The position numbers were made by a program, and so were the translations under genes. A stretch of DNA of 50,838 nucleotides from Minisyncoccota bacterium. Its GTDB lineage: Bacteria > Patescibacteriota > Minisyncoccia > Phycocordibacterales > UBA9973. The stretch is taken from NCBI GenBank assembly GCA_043718505.1, contig JAYSVN010000023.1, positions 1 to 50,838 of the forward strand. Reading direction: 5' to 3'. The stretch's first letter is position 1, and every line of letters starts with the position of its first letter. Of the stretch, positions 44,433-50,838 are shown piece after piece. The notes beneath the pieces were generated by a model. The model was not told the DNA's origin, did not search any database, and worked only from the letters and a program-made list of their open reading frames with translations.

Positions 44433-44493
44433 ATGGAATACTATAGCATACGGCGCCTGATTCCGAAATTAGACAGAGCCTTGCCCTGTCAGC

Positions 44494-45405
44494 CTAGCGG
44501 ACGCTTTGCAAACGGCGCAGGATTTCCTTAAACGATTCAATTGAGTCAGTGATAATGATAGTGTTTTCATCAGCAAAGCCGTATATGAGCAATATAGTAC
44601 CATCGTCTTTTTGGAGAACACGGGTATCTTTATTTTCAACCAGGAGATCTGTAAATTTACCGGTGAAAGAACTTTCGTCAGCCGGGAAATTAAATGGCAA
44701 GTATAAGTCGCTGAAAAGTTTTTTCTCCCAAATGAACATGTTGGCGAAAGCGATGCTGTGATCATTGGTTTTGAAAATAAGGAATGGATGACGAGCGGTA
44801 GCTTTTGTATATATGCCGAGCATAAAAGCGTTGGCGAGGGAACGTAAAAGCGGTGCCGGAATAGCAGATTTGATGCCGCCCATAAATTCACCGGTTACAA
44901 TTGTACGTTTTATGCCAGCTGTTGAATCAGTGTAATAAATATTAACTACTTCCCCGTCTTTAGCTGAGACATTTTTAAGAGCAGTCCTGGTAAGATCAAC
45001 AATTTTCCCGGCTTCCGCGCCGCCGACCTCAATACTTGTCGTGGCCTCAGCCTTGATAATAGATGGTGTACTTACCTCACCAGAAATAATATCGGGCGTG
45101 CGACTTTTCTTTACGATGAATGCCGCAGCAATACCACCAACTGCCAGGATAATAAAAATAATACCGAAAATAACATAGGCTCTGTTTTTCGGTGACTTCG
45201 GTGATTCTTCGTTTTCAACTTCATGTCGGCGTTTATCTTCAGCCATGGCCACTTTAATAACCGACATTTCATCTTTGCGTACAGCCTGAGCCAGATCAGT
45301 CGAAAAAGTCCGAAGCGGTGAGGCGGGATTATTGACGGTGCGGTTTTTAGGCGGCAAAGCGCTGCTGTCTTCTTTTTTTATATTCTTCGTATCGTCAGTC
45401 TCCAT
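44494..45405 (-). CDS. Single-pass membrane protein, 303 aa, with an extracytoplasmic domain of unknown function
   Basis: The TM segment is AYVIFGIIFIILAVGGIAAAFIV. TATACT lies 7 nt upstream of the ATG. Confidence 0.55.
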   Translation of the reverse strand: METDDTKNIKKEDSSALPPKNRTVNNPASPLRTFSTDLAQAVRKDEMSVIKVAMAEDKRRHEVENEESPKSPKNRAYVIFGIIFIILAVGGIAAAFIVKKSRTPDIISGEVSTPSIIKAEATTSIEVGGAEAGKIVDLTRTALKNVSAKDGEVVNIYYTDSTAGIKRTIVTGEFMGGIKSAIPAPLLRSLANAFMLGIYTKATARHPFLIFKTNDHSIAFANMFIWEKKLFSDLYLPFNFPADESSFTGKFTDLLVENKDTRVLQKDDGTILLIYGFADENTIIITDSIESFKEILRRLQSVR

Positions 45406-45420
45406 GACAAATAGTATACA

Positions 45421-46431
45421 TTAAAATCCTCTCTGTACGCTTTCAATTTCTTGCGCCTGGAGAACGCCGGCAAAAAGTGTTTCAATTACTATGCGTCGTG
45501 AATTTTCCGGCATGTAATGCCACGGACCGTGCATTTTGCGGCCACCACCTTCCCAGTTTTTAAGCGCATTTCGTACAATTCCCTGATCGATCGTAACAAG
45601 CAGAATATCGTCTACGTCAGTTGCACGTCCTTTGGCTTTTTCAATTTGATCCATTTTGAATGCAGTTTTTGAAGCATTGATTGTAAACTGGATGCCAAAG
45701 TTTTTCTCTTCATATTCGTCGCCACTGGTACTGTCGTTCGTTTCAACGCCAACTCCCCTTTTCTTGGTATGAGTTGAAATAATGAAATCAATTTTTTCTT
45801 CAACATCCTGAAAAGCATTTGCCGGGCGAACCTCAAGGTGTAAATCCGGTCGATCAAGTGCAACCATTTCAGCGATTCCCTGCATCATGCGTTCAGCCAC
45901 CACACCAAGTTGTTCCTGGCTTGTCTCACCTTCTTTTTCCTCTTTAGTATTCCTCTCTGCAATAGCTTCATAGGCTTTCGACTTAAACATATCCTCGCGG
46001 CGAGTTTTTTCAGCAAGTGCTGTCGCCAGTTTGCCGTTGAGATTTTCAGTCAGGATGTCGCGAACCTTGTATTCCGTGTATATGCGAACTAATTTCTTGC
46101 CCTCAAATGTTTTTGCCGTATTTTCCGGAATATTAATATGTTCATCAAAATGCCTGCTTGCCAGCATTTGCCCGAGTGTTACAGGCTCACCATCAATGAG
46201 AAAAGATTTCTTGTATTTATCATACACAACTTCTTTACCGCCAGACTGAAGTTCTTGTGCCAGCATCTTTTCTGTTTCAATAGCTTTTTCTTTTGCCTCA
46301 GCTATGCTTTGTTCGCCGAGTAATTCCGCATGTTCGGGATCGATAAAAGAATTAATTTCTTTATTGTGGTCAATAATAGAGGTGAATTCGGGCGGCGTTT
46401 CTACTGCTGGTAGCGGAAATTCGTGATTCAT
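45421..46431 (-). CDS. Hypothetical cytoplasmic protein, 336 aa
   Basis: ORF track. TATACT (46438-46443) lies exactly 6 nt upstream of the ATG. Confidence 0.55.
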   Translation of the reverse strand: MNHEFPLPAVETPPEFTSIIDHNKEINSFIDPEHAELLGEQSIAEAKEKAIETEKMLAQELQSGGKEVVYDKYKKSFLIDGEPVTLGQMLASRHFDEHINIPENTAKTFEGKKLVRIYTEYKVRDILTENLNGKLATALAEKTRREDMFKSKAYEAIAERNTKEEKEGETSQEQLGVVAERMMQGIAEMVALDRPDLHLEVRPANAFQDVEEKIDFIISTHTKKRGVGVETNDSTSGDEYEEKNFGIQFTINASKTAFKMDQIEKAKGRATDVDDILLVTIDQGIVRNALKNWEGGGRKMHGPWHYMPENSRRIVIETLFAGVLQAQEIESVQRGF

Positions 46432-46444
46432 AGACTGAGTATAG

Positions 46445-47842
46445 CTAATTATTATTCATCGTAGTTGAGATCACCTCCGTTGTGATATTTAATGGCACAG
46501 AAACTGTGGGCGTACTGTCTTCACTCGTCGCCCAGCCTGTTCCGGTAATTTTTACCTGGAAAGTCCCGCTCTTATTACTAGCGAGTGCTATCGTAGCGTT
46601 GAGATTGAGTTGATTTTGGCTGTCGACATAAATCGTACTGGTGAGCCCCAGGCGCGTGCCCTCATTGATTAAGCTGATCGCCTGCGTACCGCTTATTAGA
46701 CTGAAGGAAATATCATTTGGTGTAATATTGCTGCTGATAATTGAGTAATCAATCGTGCGTAAATAGTAACGAATAGTACTTGATGTTGCTGTAATACCAA
46801 GACAGCCGTCAAAGACATAATTACCGTTCGATTGACTCTGATTGCATTCTGAGTTGCCTGTATTTGATTGTACTTGCGGAGGTTCGAGATTTTGTTGTAT
46901 ACCTGTCACCTGGACACTTTTGGCGATTGTTGCGAGTAGTGAAGTCAGATGAAGAACAAGGCCATTGTTGCCTGGTACGCCCGGTCGATAGTAGAGCATG
47001 TAGTAACATTCATCAAGGTTTTTGGCATTCGGTTCGAGCGATGAATTATTGGGGCAGTAATTTTGTCCTGAAATAGTATGAGATTCATTGTAAGCATCGG
47101 CATCATAGGATACTGAACCATTTTTAATCCTGGCATTGCTGTCGTCATAGGCACGGAAAACAATTTTGGCAGCAACTGAAGGATTTTGAAGATACGAATT
47201 GTAGCCTCCGACATAATTCGGAATAGTAATTGCCGAAAGAGTGCTCAGGCTGTTGTTGATTTCGATTCTCGGCAGAATACCAGTTCCAGTCGGTGTCGCA
47301 GGAGGAGTTTCTGTCTGAGGGTTGCCTGCTTGCTGCGTAGATTGCTGCGGGCTATTTGTGGAATTGTTGGTGACGGTTGAGCCGGTAGTAGCTGAGTTGT
47401 TTGAATTGGTTGAGTTATTTGTACCAGAGGAATTTTTTGTAGTGGCAGAGCTATTTGTACCTGCCGGATCTTTGGTAATAGTATTGCCACCCGTGAGAGC
47501 GTAGCCAACTTTAACGACACCACCCGTGTTTTTATTAGCCGCCATATCAGCTAACAAGGCGTTTAATGTCGCTCTGGTTATCGGGCCAACAGTACCAGTC
47601 GGCGGAATACCGTTAGTTTTTTGGAAAGCTCTGACTGCCACTTTGGTTTTTGGACCGTACGTTTGCGAAATAGGTCCGGAATAATATTTTTGGCTTGCCA
47701 GAGTTTGGAGTAAAACTTTGACCATCGGTCCTTTTGAACCCAAAAAGAGCGGCGTAGTAAAAGTATCAGCAGCCAGTGTAGTAAGCGGCATTGCGACGAG
47801 CGTCATTGAGAGAAAAATTAAGATAACCGCAATTTTCTTCAT
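46445..47842 (-). CDS. Secreted protein, 465 aa: signal peptide, PG_binding_1-type peptidoglycan-binding domain, S/T/N-rich linker and a beta-rich C-terminal domain
   Basis: LFLGSKGPMVKVLLQTLASQKYYSGPISQTYGPKTKVAVRAFQKTNGIPPTGTVGPITRATL. TATATT (47849-47854) lies 6 nt upstream of the ATG. Confidence 0.7.
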   Translation of the reverse strand: MKKIAVILIFLSMTLVAMPLTTLAADTFTTPLFLGSKGPMVKVLLQTLASQKYYSGPISQTYGPKTKVAVRAFQKTNGIPPTGTVGPITRATLNALLADMAANKNTGGVVKVGYALTGGNTITKDPAGTNSSATTKNSSGTNNSTNSNNSATTGSTVTNNSTNSPQQSTQQAGNPQTETPPATPTGTGILPRIEINNSLSTLSAITIPNYVGGYNSYLQNPSVAAKIVFRAYDDSNARIKNGSVSYDADAYNESHTISGQNYCPNNSSLEPNAKNLDECYYMLYYRPGVPGNNGLVLHLTSLLATIAKSVQVTGIQQNLEPPQVQSNTGNSECNQSQSNGNYVFDGCLGITATSSTIRYYLRTIDYSIISSNITPNDISFSLISGTQAISLINEGTRLGLTSTIYVDSQNQLNLNATIALASNKSGTFQVKITGTGWATSEDSTPTVSVPLNITTEVISTTMNNN

Positions 47843-47967
47843 GGCTTAAATATACAATAAAGGTAGTTAAGTGACTAGAAATTAAATATTTCTCAGCTTT
47901 CGCTAAGGCCGTGGGATACCCCAAAAGTAATTAAAGTATATTCTCACGAAAATTTATTGGCAAGTTT

Positions 47968-48828
47968 TCAGCTCTTCACCAAAAAGTATTTCTTAAACAC
48001 TTTCTTCAGTTTCTCCGCCTTCCTTCTATTTTTTGAAATGACAAACTTGTTTCTGCCTCTTTTTTCAAATATCTTCTTTATTCTTTCTTTCGCGTTTTCG
48101 TCGAACTCTTTTGTTTCTTTGTAAAATTTATCTACTTCATCGGACGTTGTCGTATCCAACCAGACCTCAATTATGTAATCATCGAAAATATTCAAATAGT
48201 AATTGTTTTTGCCAAAGAGAAGCTGGTCATTCGCATAATATTGACTCAAATCATTATCAAATTCTTTGTGTATCCAGATATCGAGCGGATCTCTATTGCC
48301 ACTGATGAGGAAAAGTTGCTTCCCTTTGTTTCTGACTTCGTCAAAGAGGTGACGCTCGCTTTCGTAACGAATGAGCATAAACCATTCATGCGGATTATAG
48401 AGGTAAGCCGGCTCACTTACTTTTGTAGCATCAGTAAGAATGCCGAAAGCATGGCCCCAGAACATATCGGTTTGGACCGGGTTTTTAAACGTGTACGAGA
48501 TTCTGTCCCCGTCTTCCATTTGCAGGAAATCTTCACCTTGCATTTCATTGCCATAGTATCTTTCGGCAGTGGCAAAATATTCAGTCATTTTATTGATCCA
48601 AATATGGGAAAGCGAGACCTGCTTACTGCGCATGACGACCACCTCTTCCTTTTTAAGCTTGCGGAGAGCTTGGTATAAGGCTTGTTTAGTTGTGCCAGGT
48701 CGGTTGGCCTGGGTTTTCGCTAGAAGGTCAGCTGTACCCAAAGAACCTTTCTGAATGAAGCCAAGGATGTGTTCTTCAACTGTTTTTGGCTGGAATAGCA
48801 CCCATTCAAAGTAGCATAGGATGGTCAA
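47968..48828 (-). CDS. Putative winged-helix DNA-binding protein, about 277-286 aa, with an uncharacterised C-terminal domain. The start is uncertain and may be GTG 48801.
   Basis: The wHTH-like segment is GTADLLAKTQANRPGTTKQALYQALRKLKKEEVVVMRSKQVSLS. The gene is divergent from the operator-bearing genes. Confidence 0.45.
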   Translation of the reverse strand: MTILCYFEWVLFQPKTVEEHILGFIQKGSLGTADLLAKTQANRPGTTKQALYQALRKLKKEEVVVMRSKQVSLSHIWINKMTEYFATAERYYGNEMQGEDFLQMEDGDRISYTFKNPVQTDMFWGHAFGILTDATKVSEPAYLYNPHEWFMLIRYESERHLFDEVRNKGKQLFLISGNRDPLDIWIHKEFDNDLSQYYANDQLLFGKNNYYLNIFDDYIIEVWLDTTTSDEVDKFYKETKEFDENAKERIKKIFEKRGRNKFVISKNRRKAEKLKKVFKKYFLVKS

Positions 48829-48935
48829 AAAGTAAACAATATAATTACTTTTATAATATAAAACCCTTATAATTAGACAAATAGTGAAATAGATGTCATA
48901 ATATGCCTAAGAAATGATCTATACAACTTTAGTTC

Positions 48936-48966
48936 TTGTGGGTCTCAGCTGAACCCATAAAAACTA
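48936..48966 (+). promoter_or_regulatory. Copy 1 of a 31-nt conserved promoter/operator element containing a 19-nt dyad
   Basis: TTGTGGGTCTCAGCTGAACCCATAAAAACTA ends 5 nt before ATG 48972. The dyad is TGGGT(c)TCAG|CTGAACCCA. Confidence 0.6.
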
Positions 48967-48971
48967 AAAAT

Positions 48972-49757
48972 ATGAAAAATACACTAATAATCGTTGCTGG
49001 CGCAGCTGGTGAAATAGGTACTCAATACTGCAAAGAAATTACAGAAAACGGTATCGAGTGCATTGGAGTAATCAGAAATAAGCCTCTTGAGCTTAGTTCT
49101 CCCCTATTAACCACAATAACTTGCCACCTTAATGATGAGAAATCAATCATCGATACATTCTCTAGTCTCGATTTCAGTAAGTATAAGAAAATAATTTACT
49201 TGCATACGATCGGTGTCGACAAGTTCGACCCACGCGGATATCCAAACATTAAGCCAATGGAAACTATCCCGGCCGAAATATATGATACCAACGTAAATTC
49301 ATTCAAGTATTTACTCAGATACTGTGTCTCTCGAATTAACTTTATCAATCAGGGTAGAACAAAAAAAGATAAAGTTAAGTTCAAGATTGCCATAGTAGCT
49401 GGTGCTGCCGACAAGCATACACCATTCGTGATTGAATCATTCTGCGAAGCCAAATTTATTCTGAAGCAGTACATTCAATCATGCATTGGATTGTATCCAA
49501 GTTGGGTATCAGGACTCTCAATCAACATTAGTTCAACCATCACGAAGGCGGCACTCAGTGTGCGACCCAACGCCGATACAACCTACTGGTTGGAACCCAG
49601 AGAAGTTGTAGTTCAGTCGTTTGATCAATTAGTTTCTCAAACACGTCGTTATGCAGAAATTAATATTATCAAAAAGTCCCCAGACTTCTTTACGGGATAC
49701 TATGACTGCAATAAAGCTCTGTACGAAAAGTGGAGTAAGGAGACAGGGATAAAGTAA
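48972..49757 (+). CDS. Rossmann-fold NAD(P)-binding, SDR-like protein, apparently lacking the canonical Ser/Tyr catalytic residues. The start is moved to ATG 48972.
   Basis: MKNTLIIVAGAAGEIGTQY carries a GxxGxxG-like dinucleotide motif. The region expected to hold YxxxK reads FCEAK. Confidence 0.6.
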   Translation: MKNTLIIVAGAAGEIGTQYCKEITENGIECIGVIRNKPLELSSPLLTTITCHLNDEKSIIDTFSSLDFSKYKKIIYLHTIGVDKFDPRGYPNIKPMETIPAEIYDTNVNSFKYLLRYCVSRINFINQGRTKKDKVKFKIAIVAGAADKHTPFVIESFCEAKFILKQYIQSCIGLYPSWVSGLSINISSTITKAALSVRPNADTTYWLEPREVVVQSFDQLVSQTRRYAEINIIKKSPDFFTGYYDCNKALYEKWSKETGIK

Positions 49758-49776
49758 TTAAGTACAAAAAGGAAAA

Positions 49777-49810
49777 GGGCGAGCCTAATAGTAAAATTCG
49801 CCCACATTTT
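49777..49810 (+). terminator. Weak candidate terminator after the SDR-like gene
   Basis: gggcga (49777-49782) pairs with tcgccc (49798-49803), leaving a 15-nt loop, followed by acatttt. Confidence 0.35.
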
Positions 49811-49871
49811 AGAGCTCATCAATGCCGGTGGTCTCTAAATGAAATTGTTCATTCACATAGATATATAAATT

Positions 49872-49902
49872 TTGTGGGTCTCGATCGAACCCATAAAAAC
49901 TA
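49872..49902 (+). promoter_or_regulatory. Copy 2 of the 31-nt promoter/operator element
   Basis: TTGTGGGTCTCGATCGAACCCATAAAAACTA ends 5 nt before ATG 49908. It is 27/31 identical to copy 1, and all 4 differences lie in the dyad centre and preserve its symmetry. Confidence 0.6.
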
Positions 49903-49907
49903 TATAA

Positions 49908-50838
49908 ATGAAAACAAAAAAATCAGTACATGTCTTCTACAGAAGAGAATTTGAGCAAAGTAAAAAACTTTACTCGTCACCAAAAGAAACCGAGTATCTA
50001 ATCAAAGATGCAAAAAGACTTCTGGGAAAATTACCCGCTGGAATTGTCTACGACGTAGGCACTGGTACAGGTATTGTCGGCTTAACGATTGCTCTCGAGA
50101 CAAAGAGAAAAGTAATTGGAGTCGATATCGATAATTTCGCAGTTAAACTTTCAAATAAGAATGCCAGCCTGCATAAGGCGACAAAAGTTTTTTCGGCGAT
50201 AAACTCAGATTACCTAAGTGCGCTCAGCGAAGCACCTGCTCTCATTGTTGCTTGTTTGCCGTGGGGATCTAATGAATATCTTCTCGAGTCAAACAAAAAT
50301 AGAGATTTGGGGAGTATTCCTCATAAAATGCTTTTTCCCGCCAATGGTCCAATGGGAAGCTACAAGCAACTCATTAAGCAAATTGTTGCTAAAGGCTGGA
50401 GTACATCTCTCTTAATAGAAACCGGATGTATGCCAGAAAAGTTAGTTCGGCAAGAGATTCGAAAAGTCGCGAAGCATGCAAGGATTATATTTAAGCAACA
50501 TTCAAAGTCGTATGCAACAGCTTTGATACAGTTTAAAGACCAACCGATTAATAAAAAAATGAAATGGAAAAACCTTGCGCCAAAACTTTGTAGGCAGAGA
50601 GTCCAAATCGAATGCAATATTGATCGACTTGTGGGTAGAGCTGAAATTAAAGACTACATGGTTAAGCTCTCGGAAGTTACCAGAATGCATGTTTTACAAG
50701 AACCATTTACCCATCCTGCGATTAAAAATAATCGTTTAGCTGGATACGGTGGTTGGATACATTGGGTTACTTCAGGTTGCTCAGTGTATTCATATAATAA
50801 GAAGTGGACCAAAAATGGTCACTACTTTCTTACCGTCG
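49908..50838 (+). CDS. Class I SAM-dependent methyltransferase-fold protein continuing into an unknown C-terminal region. It is open to the right edge, at least 310 aa, and absent from the ORF track.
   Basis: My codon-by-codon translation finds no stop from 49908 to 50837. Motif I is VYDVGTGTGIVGL, the post-I acidic motif is VIGVDID, and ALIVACLPWG sits at the motif IV position. Confidence 0.7.
   Translation, partial: MKTKKSVHVFYRREFEQSKKLYSSPKETEYLIKDAKRLLGKLPAGIVYDVGTGTGIVGLTIALETKRKVIGVDIDNFAVKLSNKNASLHKATKVFSAINSDYLSALSEAPALIVACLPWGSNEYLLESNKNRDLGSIPHKMLFPANGPMGSYKQLIKQIVAKGWSTSLLIETGCMPEKLVRQEIRKVAKHARIIFKQHSKSYATALIQFKDQPINKKMKWKNLAPKLCRQRVQIECNIDRLVGRAEIKDYMVKLSEVTRMHVLQEPFTHPAIKNNRLAGYGGWIHWVTSGCSVYSYNKKWTKNGHYFLTV

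Noticed and set aside
1-50838. Alternative genetic code (UGA recoding, as in some candidate phyla), tRNA/rRNA genes, CRISPR arrays, IS elements, integrases, reverse transcriptase or DGR components
   Set aside because: - All conserved genes read through cleanly with the standard code and use TAA or TAG stops.
- I saw no T-loop-type GTTCGAAT/GTTCAAAT tRNA signatures in the intergenic regions.
- I saw no regular direct-repeat arrays and no transposase, integrase or RT motifs in any ORF.

Overview
This window reads as the chromosomal replication-origin neighbourhood of a small, fairly AT-rich bacterial genome. The gene content looks like Candidate Phyla Radiation / Patescibacteria, but that placement is an inference, not a computed result. 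The standard genetic code fits. I found no tRNA, rRNA, CRISPR array, transposase or integrase.

**Core genes**
- The origin block is dnaN<-dnaA | rpmH->rnpA->yidD->yidC->jag.
- Housekeeping genes include ruvB, ruvC, tyrS, a class A PBP, rsmA, pcrA/uvrD, comM/yifB, a DksA/TraR zinc-finger protein and a LysM-M23 peptidase.
- A lone pilB/gspE-type ATPase sits apart from any other pilus genes.

**Main feature**
- The dominant feature is a tightly packed 15 kb minus-strand gene train at 19166-34173, with its own promoter.
- It encodes a Gram-positive-style type IV secretion-like apparatus: a PrgI/VirB3-like protein, a VirB4 ATPase apparently split into two ORFs, and a VirB6-like polytopic protein with a long Lys/Glu tail.
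- It also carries a VirB2-type pilin module fused to an L,D-transpeptidase, plus seven lineage-specific secreted or membrane proteins.
- No coupling protein, relaxase or VirB11 is present in the window.

**Other notable points**
- A strongly structured small-RNA candidate of about 160 nt lies on the minus strand between pilB and ruvB. It has a 22-bp closing helix and two UNCG tetraloops, with G-U pairs that form only in that orientation.
- A -10 hexamer sits exactly 6 nt upstream of the ATG at 12 or more genes, implying leaderless mRNAs. This corrects several ORF-track starts.
- The origin looks bipartite, with DnaA boxes on both sides of dnaA.
- A 31-nt promoter/operator with dyad symmetry is duplicated in front of two adjacent genes at the right edge.
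- Four real genes are absent from, or misrepresented in, the ORF track: rpmH, a 58-aa acidic ORF and both edge-truncated genes.

All homology calls come from motifs I recognised by eye. No database search was run.
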